From contig JBAZQH010000001.1 in assembly GCA_041645285.1 (NCBI GenBank), positions 1 to 43,950 of the forward strand: a DNA stretch of 43,950 nucleotides. Reading direction: 5' to 3'. Both the position numbers and the translations under genes were made by a program. This document shows positions 10,701-18,592 of the stretch, piece by piece; position 1 is the first letter of the stretch; each line of letters begins with the position of its first letter. The notes under the pieces are model-generated. The model searched no databases. It was given only the letters and a program-made list of their open reading frames with translations, and was not told the origin of the DNA. Source of the stretch: Candidatus Margulisiibacteriota bacterium. Its GTDB lineage: Bacteria > Margulisbacteria > WOR-1 > JAHJIW01.

Positions 10701-11768
10701 ATGCAGGTGAAGATTTTTAAGGTCAACGAAAAAGATATGTGGAACGAGTTTGTCGCGCGCCATTTGGAATCGCCGGTGTTGCAAAGCTTTGAATGGGGCG
10801 TCTTGAAATCATTCTACGGATGGAAACCGATCCGCCTGGGGATAATGGATGAGGGTAATCTGGTAGCCGGGGCCTCAATCTTAATCAAAGAAATACCATT
10901 TTTAAAACGCAGCATTTTTTATGCACCGCGGGGGCCAGTGGTGGATTTTCGCAACCACGCTGCTTTTAATTTGCTGATCAATGCCATCCGGTTTAAGGCC
11001 GACGAGCATAAAGCCATTGTTTTTAAGATGGATCCGGACTTGGCGGAAAAAGATGTTGGTTCGATTTTGGCAATCAAGAAGGCCGGGTTTGATTTTGTGC
11101 GCAAGCAAGTGCAGCCGCGCACCACTTACGTGATTGATTTGGAGCAGGATTTGGAAAAAATCTTGATGGGGTTTGAGGAAAAAACCCGCTACAACGTGCG
11201 GCTGGCAGAGAAAAAAGGCGTCACGGTGGTCGAGGATTTAAGCGACTCCGGTCTGCAAACATTTTATCGCATGTACCGTGAAACCGCCGCGCGCGACCGG
11301 TTTTTAATTCACCCGCTGGAATATTATCAGCAGGTGAAGGAAACCGTGCTGGAGGCGGGGAAAGGGACAATCTTTTTTGCCCACTACAATAACCAGCCGG
11401 TGGCGGCGGTAGTGGTTTTTGCTTTTGGCCGCAAGGTCTGGTATATGTACGGTGCTTCCTTGACCAGTTTTCGCAATGTCATGCCCAACCATGCTCTGCA
11501 TTGGCAGGTCATCCAGTGGGCCAAGAAGCGCGGGTATAAATTATATGACTTATGGGGGATTCCTTCGGATCCGACGCCGGACCACCCGCTGTGGGGGGTC
11601 TATCGTTTTAAAAAAGGTTTTGGCGGAAAACAAGTCAAAAATATTGGCATGTGTGACCTGCCGTTAAACCCCATTTTATACCGCTTGTTTGACCGTGGGC
11701 TGGTAATGTGGCAGAACCTGCGCAGTTTGATAAAAAAAGGCAAAATTGTGGATTCGCTGGGAGAGTAA
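10701..11768 (+). CDS. FemAB-family peptidoglycan interpeptide-bridge aminoacyltransferase (FemX-like)
   Basis: The 355-aa protein has the overall FemX/FemAB pattern: N-terminal ...SPVLQSFEWG..K, ...TRYNVRLAEKKGV..., and C-terminal ...GVYRFKKGFGG. It is adjacent to murE. Confidence 0.8.
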   Translation: MQVKIFKVNEKDMWNEFVARHLESPVLQSFEWGVLKSFYGWKPIRLGIMDEGNLVAGASILIKEIPFLKRSIFYAPRGPVVDFRNHAAFNLLINAIRFKADEHKAIVFKMDPDLAEKDVGSILAIKKAGFDFVRKQVQPRTTYVIDLEQDLEKILMGFEEKTRYNVRLAEKKGVTVVEDLSDSGLQTFYRMYRETAARDRFLIHPLEYYQQVKETVLEAGKGTIFFAHYNNQPVAAVVVFAFGRKVWYMYGASLTSFRNVMPNHALHWQVIQWAKKRGYKLYDLWGIPSDPTPDHPLWGVYRFKKGFGGKQVKNIGMCDLPLNPILYRLFDRGLVMWQNLRSLIKKGKIVDSLGE

Positions 11769-11774
11769 CTTCAT

Positions 11775-11977
11775 GCTTGTTCCCTCAATAAATATTTTAA
11801 GCGATGGTCCACGTAAAATTAACGCTCGCCTATACCCCATTCCGCTCGGGCCCGAAACTCGCCCCGGCCAGCCGGGGCTCAAACAGTCGGTCCCTCGCTC
11901 CAGGGGTAATAGGCTTCGCGTTATAAAATAGAAGGTTTGCTTTGGACCATTGCTTTTAAAATATTGAGGGAACAAAC
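11775..11977 (+). ncRNA. rod-like structured RNA candidate (6S-RNA-like architecture; identity unconfirmed)
   Basis: Arms 11777-11811 and 11943-11975 form about 31 bp with two small bulges. A second helix pairs 11820-11838 with 11903-11923. An apical 7-bp GC hairpin is GCCCCGG-CCAG-CCGGGGC (11861-11878). An asymmetric internal loop (11812-11819 / 11924-11942) sits between the helices. One G-T pair (11803/11951) is tolerated only on the + strand. No credible coding potential. Confidence 0.4.
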
Positions 11978-11998
11978 GGTTAATGGGAGCAGACAATA

Positions 11999-13534
11999 AT
12001 GTTGCTTAGCCAGTTATTAAAAGGTATTAAAATCATAATCAACCCCCTGCCGGCCAAGGTTGACATTGCCAATGTTACCGATGACTCCAGAAAGGTTATG
12101 CCCGGCGCGCTTTTTGTTGCTATTCCCGGGACCAAAGTGGATGCAACTCAATTCATTGGAAAAGCAATTGCAAAAGGTACGGCGGCAGTAATTTGCGAAA
12201 AACTGCCGTCATCGCTGGCCACGCAACCTGCCGGACAGCTTTTGCGGCCGGCAAAAATTATTTTAGTCAAAAATGCCCGCCGAGCGCTGGCGCAAATTGC
12301 CGCCAATTATTACCGGCACCCATCGCGCAAAATGAAAATTATTGGTGTTACCGGCACTAACGGCAAGACCACTGTAACTTATTTGCTGGAAGCAATTTTG
12401 AGGCAAGCCGGCTACAAGGTTGGCGTAATTGGCACGATTAGTTCGCGCGTGGGCAAAGCAGTTATTGCCGAGGGCTTAACCACCCCGCCGCCGCTGGAAC
12501 TGCAGCGAATTTTGCGGGACATGGTTAAGCAGAAAGTGCAGTATGTGGTTTTAGAGGCATCATCGCATGCACTTTCTCAATATCGGCTGGGGGGCGTTGA
12601 CTTTGATGTTGCAATTTTTACCAATTTGACGCATGAACACCTTGATTACCATCACTCCATGCAAAACTATCTGGCAAGCAAACAGCAATTATTTCAACAG
12701 CTGGGAAAATCACCTAAAAAAACCTGCGCCGTAGTTAACGCGGATGACCAACTTGCTCACCGCGTGACCAAAGGGTTTACCGGAAAAATTTTAACGTACA
12801 GTATCGACAAAGCATCGGATTTTAAGGCGCAAAACGTGAAAATTTCGGCGGAGAGCATTAGTTTTAAGGCAAGGGAAAAAGCTTCTCAGGGAACAGTTTT
12901 TCATAGTAATTTGTCGGGAAAATATAACGTCTATAATCTTTTGGCGGCGGCAATGACCGCGTTGGCGCTTAAAATAAAAATCCGTAATATCCAAACCGCA
13001 CTGCAAAAAATCAAAACTATTCCCGGGCGCATGGAAGAGGTGCGAAACCGCCGCGGTTTTCGGATTTTTGTCGATTTTGCGCATACTCCGGATGGTTTGA
13101 CTCAGGCCCTGGGCGCCGCACGCATGAAAGTAAAAACCGGCGCAAAATTGATTTTACTTTTTGGCTGCCCGGGCGACCGCGATCGCACCAAGCGGCCGGT
13201 GATGGCAATGATCGCGCAACGGTTAGCGGACTGTGTGGTAATTACCACCGACGATCCGCACTCTGAAGACCCGGCTAAAATTGTGGATGAAATTGTGGCG
13301 GGTTGGGAAAAAACTGGCGGGCGGGCCGGAATGTCTAAAGTTAACCGGCGGCAAAATGATTGCTGTTTTAAAATTATTGACCGGCGGACGGCAATCAAAA
13401 AAGCTATCCAATTGGCAAGACGTGGCGATGTAGTTTTGTTGGCTGGCCGCGGGCACGAAAAATATCAGGATTTTAACGGGAAATATATTCTGCTTGACGA
13501 TCGTGACGTTGTTAAACTAATTCTTCAAAAATAA
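11999..13534 (+). CDS. murE: UDP-N-acetylmuramoyl-L-alanyl-D-glutamate--diamino acid ligase
   Basis: P-loop GVTGTNGKTT, the overall Mur-ligase layout and SD GGGAG at 11985-11989 support the call. The diamino-acid specificity motif reads DDPH instead of DNPR. Confidence 0.93.
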   Translation: MLLSQLLKGIKIIINPLPAKVDIANVTDDSRKVMPGALFVAIPGTKVDATQFIGKAIAKGTAAVICEKLPSSLATQPAGQLLRPAKIILVKNARRALAQIAANYYRHPSRKMKIIGVTGTNGKTTVTYLLEAILRQAGYKVGVIGTISSRVGKAVIAEGLTTPPPLELQRILRDMVKQKVQYVVLEASSHALSQYRLGGVDFDVAIFTNLTHEHLDYHHSMQNYLASKQQLFQQLGKSPKKTCAVVNADDQLAHRVTKGFTGKILTYSIDKASDFKAQNVKISAESISFKAREKASQGTVFHSNLSGKYNVYNLLAAAMTALALKIKIRNIQTALQKIKTIPGRMEEVRNRRGFRIFVDFAHTPDGLTQALGAARMKVKTGAKLILLFGCPGDRDRTKRPVMAMIAQRLADCVVITTDDPHSEDPAKIVDEIVAGWEKTGGRAGMSKVNRRQNDCCFKIIDRRTAIKKAIQLARRGDVVLLAGRGHEKYQDFNGKYILLDDRDVVKLILQK

Positions 13535-13784
13535 ATGGCCTTGTCAAAATAGACCTCGTAAGCTGAAGCGTGCCCATCCAATATAGTTTACCACCCTGAT
13601 CTGAAGGCCTGATGGATTTGAAGTTTTGCAAGAAAACCGCAAAAAATTTCCTTCCAAAAGTGAAATTTATTTTATAAACGGTCGAAAGTTGAAGGTGCTG
13701 AATAAATATATTATTAACCGAAGGAGGTAGCGGGCCGCTTACTATTCGTAGAGAATCAATAAAAATAATTAGGAGGAAAATAAA

Positions 13785-15443
13785 ATGGCAGGAAGAATAA
13801 TTACCTTGGAAGGTTACAGGAAAACAGCTGATTTTACTAGGTTGACGGGCAGCTTAAGAAGGGACCACGCTACCATTGCAAGATTTTTAAGTCGTAAGCC
13901 ATCAGCAGGAAGAATTAGAGACATAGTTGCTATCCCTGACCAAATGGGGGGAAGATTTCCAAAGGAAACATATCGAGTTTTGCTATTCGTTGAAGGACGG
14001 GCAACCCCCTTTATTGGAACATTACCGGCAGGAATATCTGAAGGGCAAAGCGCAGCTCGATTAATGGGGACGGCTGAAGGTATGAGTTTAAAAGACAGTC
14101 ACACCCAAGCTCGTCAATTCTTGCAAGATACTTTAAAACCAAAGCTGGTTGGAAGAAATGTAGCAGAATTAGGGAGCATTGAAGCCGAGTTTAAATTGGC
14201 TTCTGATGAAGCCAGAGCGGCTAACCCCAGATTAGGCCCTTATGAAAACATGGGAGCGCAGAATAGTTTAGGCATTACCATTGCGATGGCTTATGCGATA
14301 GCTGATCTAGCTAACGTGCCAGTTACTTCGGTAATCAACTATTTCTATAATAAAGCGTTGCAAAGCAAAGGATATAGCGAATTTGAGCCAATTTCACTGC
14401 CTATGGTTCAAGGCGTCTTGGGAGATTGCGGTCGTCATGGATTGGCGCTGACTCTTGATCAGATGGCCGAAAGGGGAATATTAACTGCTGAAGGAAGAAG
14501 GGCCTTCCCTGTCCAATTAGCGAGTGATTTTTCTTTACCAGTCATCGCTCCCCAGGAAGCGTTAGCTCTTTACCGTCGCTTTGATACATTTGATGCTATG
14601 ATCGCGGCTGCCGAAAAAGTCAGTGCCGCTTATCTCAAACTTCTTAAAGGTGCGGTCCCGGAAGATTCCATCCATCGCGGAGCTGAATCTGGTTATACTT
14701 CCCAGCATATGACATCACTGCATACTGTCTTAACTTTGATGCGAAAAGCTTATGAACAAAGCGGAATGGAAGGCAGAGTAAGCAGTTCGCTCGATGTGGC
14801 TATGTCAGAACTTGTTTTAACGCCAGATGCAACTTCACTCAGGGATATTCTCTGCTTTGTCGGGCCAGAATTGGCTGATAATGCAACCGGGGTACTTCCT
14901 CTATCTGAAGCTTACGAGAGAATTGTTGCTATTGCCCGAGCATTTAATATGCCGATTGTTGAGGATTTGGCGCCTGAAGCCGATGCCATGGGTCAATTGT
15001 CCAGGGCAGACCAGATTGCGGCGATGGCGTTGGCAGGCAATCTGTTGGCAGATGCTGGGATTGCTGCGGTTGCAGATGATACGACCGTTGGTAATCCAGC
15101 TCTAGCTCAAGAATTAGTTGTTGACGGAAGAATTGCTGGGTGGATTTTATTAAAAGATACTCAATCCGGTTCGTTCTTGACCCTGGTGGACTTTGCGGCA
15201 ACTGGCAGAGCCAATGGTATAAGATTAAATAATTCTCATAGAGGGAACGCGGTTGCCGGGGAAAGATGGCCAGGACACCTTGCGGTTGGACTTGGAGCAG
15301 AGTCAGCAAAATTTACTCCTTGGGGAACCGGTCGTGGCGAAAAGATAGTAGCAATGAGAGAAATTGAGGCAATCTACGCATCTCTCGGGATAATGTTGCC
15401 ATTCTGGGGAAATCCAGCGCATACTGGATTATTTAAAAACTAG
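13785..15443 (+). CDS. highly divergent enolase-family protein (552 aa)
   Basis: A strong SD AGGAGG precedes the start. By-eye alignment to enolase gives PAGISEG (vs PSGASTG), GAESGY (vs GDEGGY), SLDVAMSE (vs AMDCAASE), IVEDLA (vs SIEDGL), AVADDTTVGNP (vs LVGDDLFVTN), ILLKDTQSGS (vs ILIKFNQIGS), NSHRG (vs SHRSGE) and ESAKF (vs GQIKTG). Confidence 0.7.
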   Translation: MAGRIITLEGYRKTADFTRLTGSLRRDHATIARFLSRKPSAGRIRDIVAIPDQMGGRFPKETYRVLLFVEGRATPFIGTLPAGISEGQSAARLMGTAEGMSLKDSHTQARQFLQDTLKPKLVGRNVAELGSIEAEFKLASDEARAANPRLGPYENMGAQNSLGITIAMAYAIADLANVPVTSVINYFYNKALQSKGYSEFEPISLPMVQGVLGDCGRHGLALTLDQMAERGILTAEGRRAFPVQLASDFSLPVIAPQEALALYRRFDTFDAMIAAAEKVSAAYLKLLKGAVPEDSIHRGAESGYTSQHMTSLHTVLTLMRKAYEQSGMEGRVSSSLDVAMSELVLTPDATSLRDILCFVGPELADNATGVLPLSEAYERIVAIARAFNMPIVEDLAPEADAMGQLSRADQIAAMALAGNLLADAGIAAVADDTTVGNPALAQELVVDGRIAGWILLKDTQSGSFLTLVDFAATGRANGIRLNNSHRGNAVAGERWPGHLAVGLGAESAKFTPWGTGRGEKIVAMREIEAIYASLGIMLPFWGNPAHTGLFKN

Positions 15444-15460
15444 TCAAAGGACAAAAAATT

Positions 15461-15497
15461 GAAAGACGCTTGTAGTAATACAAGCGTCTTTCTTTTG
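15461..15497. terminator. bidirectional intrinsic terminator
   Basis: A perfect 14-bp stem GAAAGACGCTTGTA / TACAAGCGTCTTTC with loop GTAA is followed by TTTTG on the + strand. It is preceded by ACAAAAAATT, which gives a T-run on the - strand. It sits between convergent genes. Confidence 0.8.
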
Positions 15498-15519
15498 TAT
15501 TTACCATGAAACCCAGTGG

Positions 15520-16434
15520 TTATCTTCTCCAAATTGCGGTGTAAGCCGTAGCGCGGTCAGTACCTGCATCATAATCATTATAGAACATCCGCCAATTGCC
15601 ACTGCTAAGCTGTAAGATAAATGGATCTGCCCCATAAATTCCGGTTGATCCGCTCTCTGCCCAGGTTAAGCCGTCGCTGGAAGTTGCCTTGTAAACATAT
15701 TGGTGGGTGGAGTAATACATAATATATTGCCCGCCAAAGTAAAATACGTGGGGGTGGGTGGCGCGACCGGTTGAGCTGGCGAGGCGTACGCCCGATTCTT
15801 TGGTGAAGGTAAGCCCATCAGCTGAAGTGGCGCTCAAAATCACATAATTGATGGTAGCCCCGCTTTCGGATGAGCCGCCGTAATATAATCGATACGTCCC
15901 GTCAGGAAAAATTAAGGTAGTTCCCATATCTACTACCGCGGCATCATAGGCCCCACCGGTGGCAATGCGGGTGCCGGATTCGGCCTCCCAAGAGAGGCCG
16001 TCCGCAGAATATGCGCTGATAATGCCGGCATTGGCGGACTGGTTATAATAGAGTCGCCAGCCGCCGGCCGGTAGACGCAATGGTCGGCTGACCGAAATCC
16101 CCGTCAGGCGGATGCCTTCTTCGGTGGCCCAGGTAGTTTCATTGGATGAAATATGGGAGAAAAGCGCGGAACCGTAAGCCGGGCCGCTGGCAGAGTAGGC
16201 AATACTAACATAAAGCCGCAAAGAACCTCCCTCCACGGTGGCGATAGAAATATCGCCCACGCCGTCTTGGTTTAAACTTTCATCCGGCGACATGAAAATA
16301 CCTTCGGTGACCCAGGTTTCGGAGCTGCCGCCGCCACTCGAGGTGCAACCCCAAAATATTATAAGTGAGATAAAAACCAGAATGAGTACAACCCAAAGCC
16401 GAAGGGTAGAATTTTTTAACGATGGCGTTAACAT
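15520..16434 (-). CDS. exported beta-propeller protein (glycoside-hydrolase GH32/43/130-like or BNR-like blades), possible lipoprotein
   Basis: The N-terminal signal ends ...LIIFWGC (lipobox-like). Repeated blade pattern: GGWRLYYNQS...SADGLSWEAE, GTYRLYYGGS...SADGLTFTKE, GQYIMYYSTH...SSDGLTWAES, GNWRMFYNDY. Confidence 0.7.
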   Translation of the reverse strand: MLTPSLKNSTLRLWVVLILVFISLIIFWGCTSSGGGSSETWVTEGIFMSPDESLNQDGVGDISIATVEGGSLRLYVSIAYSASGPAYGSALFSHISSNETTWATEEGIRLTGISVSRPLRLPAGGWRLYYNQSANAGIISAYSADGLSWEAESGTRIATGGAYDAAVVDMGTTLIFPDGTYRLYYGGSSESGATINYVILSATSADGLTFTKESGVRLASSTGRATHPHVFYFGGQYIMYYSTHQYVYKATSSDGLTWAESGSTGIYGADPFILQLSSGNWRMFYNDYDAGTDRATAYTAIWRR

Positions 16435-16520
16435 AAAAATATCTTAGCATATTTTTGCAATTTTTTCCGTAAATGGACGAAGAAAGAGGGTCAAGCTTAA
16501 ATTAAATACGGGGGTAGTTT

Positions 16521-17066
16521 ATGCCAGTTAATTTACCAAGAACGGTTGCATTAAGTGAGTTGAGAATTGCAAGTCAAAGGTGGAGGCCAACTCCTGGTAA
16601 AAGCGTATGCGTACGGCCGTGGGATATGCGCCGAGAGTTGCCGGGCCGGCTTCTAGAAATTGTGGGTGGGGTTGATTTAGGAATTTTTCCGATGGCAGGT
16701 CGAGATTGGGAGCATCTTGAACAGTTGCATGTGAAAGTGACCCCAAGGGTGACAGAAGATGAAAGGCTTTTGGATAACGTAGCTAGAGTTTTTGCCTGTT
16801 CACAGGTGTGGAGCATGTATGCTGATGCTATAGGGCGAATGAGAGAAGGACGAAGTAATGCGGCGATACAAATTGGGCGGGATCATTTTGTTTTGAAATA
16901 TGGTGAAAAGACGGTTTTGGATCAACAGTTTTGGTTTTTATCCATGTGCGCAGGCAATGAAGAGCTTGCCGTGGTTTCTGAGCGATGGTATGTACCAAGA
17001 GATAATCCGCTACAAGGGCTTGTCGAAACATTAGGTCGACACGGCGGCTGGAAAAAAGCTAAGTAA
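16521..17066 (+). CDS. hypothetical protein (181 aa, ORFan)
   Basis: The ORF has a GGGGG SD-like run 8 nt upstream. No recognisable motif. The 3' end overlaps the convergent 17059-18405 gene by 8 nt. Confidence 0.5.
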   Translation: MPVNLPRTVALSELRIASQRWRPTPGKSVCVRPWDMRRELPGRLLEIVGGVDLGIFPMAGRDWEHLEQLHVKVTPRVTEDERLLDNVARVFACSQVWSMYADAIGRMREGRSNAAIQIGRDHFVLKYGEKTVLDQQFWFLSMCAGNEELAVVSERWYVPRDNPLQGLVETLGRHGGWKKAK

Positions 17067-18405
17067 TTCCCAAATCCGTTGGTGCCCGCCCCAAAGATTT
17101 TAACAGTGCCAGCGTATCTTCAATTTTTTCTTCTAATGGGTCTTTAATGCCAGCTTTATCCGGATAAATTTCGTAATGCGGCTGATATTTTTTAGGAGTG
17201 CAGTTGATCATTAATGAGTTGGCGCCGGCGAGTAACCCCTGCTGTTGGCCTTCTTTGGGATTTAGCGTTTCCAGCGCGGTAGTTACCACAATTTTGGCAT
17301 TGGGATCAATGAAGCGGGTGGCCGCAATTACTTTCAGCGATAAATCCAGGTTACCAAACGCGGTGTTTTTTAGTGGGGTGGCGTGATGGGGGATGAGCGG
17401 GCCAAAAGTGTACATTTCGGCGTGGAGCTTTTTGGCTAATTCGATGTCGTTGATTAAATCGTCCGCGGTTTGGTTAGGCAATCCGATGATACTGCCGGTT
17501 AAAATCAAATATCCCAGCTTATAACAATGTTCAATTATTGCCAGGCGGTCGGCTAATTTTTTCCCCGGCCGCAGTTTTTCATAGAGTGCGGCATTGCTGG
17601 TTTCAAATCGCAAAAGGACCCCCCGTGCCCCGGCCTCAAATAGCCGCGTGTAAGTTTCGGGAGAGCGTTCGCCGATGCTGATAAATAATAAAACCGCGCA
17701 TTTTTCTTTGATTTTTTTCACAAGTTCGACTAACTTTTCGTCTGCGTACCAGGGATCTTCGCCGGATTGTAAAACCATGGCTTTAAAGCCGTATTTGTTG
17801 ACTGCCATGTCCATGGCCTCGACAATTTCGTCGATTTCCATTCGGTATCGTTTTATAGATTGGTTATCGTTTCGAATGCCGCAATACCAGCAGTTATTGA
17901 TGCAATAATTGGAAAATTCGATGATGCCGTGGACACAGCAGGCGTTGCCTAAGTGTTTTTGCCGCACAAAGTTGGCGGCGCGGTAAATGGCGTCCAACTC
18001 TTTGGGTTTTTGCGCATTTAATATGTACAGTAAGTCAGCGCGGCTTAAATTTGGCGCGCCGGTTTGGCCGTTAACGGCGGGTGAGGTAGTGGTCGCATCG
18101 CTTCCTACCGCGCGATTTAATAAATCAATAAATTCCTTCGAAAACCCTTCTTCGGCAAACCGGCGCTCTGAAATTTTTAAGTCAATTTTTTTGAGCTCGA
18201 AAAACAGGTCTTTCCAGGCCTCCAGGGTTTCCAGCGCCTCTTTTTCGGGCACGCGCGAAATTACGTAGCCGCCCTGCGCGTAAATATAATCGCCGATTTT
18301 AAGGTCGACAAATTCATTCAGCGCTTTCCGTTTTTCGCCAAAATATTCGACAATCACGGACTTATCTTTAATTTCTATAACTTTACCGGGGATGGCGTAG
18401 CACAT
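17059..18405 (-). CDS. HypC-like domain fused to a HydE/BioB-type radical SAM enzyme
   Basis: The N-terminus MCYAIPGKVIEI...GDYIYAQGGYVI matches the HypC/HupF signature (Cys2, MC-x-x-IPG). It is followed by a radical SAM core, SNYCINNCWYCGIRNDN (CX3CX2C), as in HydE/biotin-synthase-family enzymes. Confidence 0.85.
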   Translation of the reverse strand: MCYAIPGKVIEIKDKSVIVEYFGEKRKALNEFVDLKIGDYIYAQGGYVISRVPEKEALETLEAWKDLFFELKKIDLKISERRFAEEGFSKEFIDLLNRAVGSDATTTSPAVNGQTGAPNLSRADLLYILNAQKPKELDAIYRAANFVRQKHLGNACCVHGIIEFSNYCINNCWYCGIRNDNQSIKRYRMEIDEIVEAMDMAVNKYGFKAMVLQSGEDPWYADEKLVELVKKIKEKCAVLLFISIGERSPETYTRLFEAGARGVLLRFETSNAALYEKLRPGKKLADRLAIIEHCYKLGYLILTGSIIGLPNQTADDLINDIELAKKLHAEMYTFGPLIPHHATPLKNTAFGNLDLSLKVIAATRFIDPNAKIVVTTALETLNPKEGQQQGLLAGANSLMINCTPKKYQPHYEIYPDKAGIKDPLEEKIEDTLALLKSLGRAPTDLGIT

Positions 18406-18592
18406 AGAGGATTATTTTAGCATGCCGGACCGCTAATTTTGCCGCTTCTTATTGCCCGCAAAAAAGGATGTAAAACATGGCGAAACCAGCAAAATAAAAA
18501 CGAATATAACTGAAATTTTAAAGGTGCGGTGTCGATAATGAAATGTTAGGTGTAAGGGAAAAGCGTCAAATAAATCAACCGGAGGGAATAGT

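Noticed and set aside
11775-11977. Inverted repeats read as an integron attC site, a MITE or a terminator
   Set aside because: The arm ends read TGTTCCC...GGGAACA, not RYYYAAC...GTTRRRY. No integrase or transposase is nearby, no target-site duplication was seen, and no U-run follows the stem. A multi-copy repeat element cannot be excluded without the whole genome.
11676-11996. ORFs of 106 aa (- strand) and 61 aa (+ strand, 11746-11931) in the femX-murE spacer
   Set aside because: They span a region with extensive self-complementarity, have no SD, and are Pro/Gly/Arg-rich. An RNA structure explains the region better.
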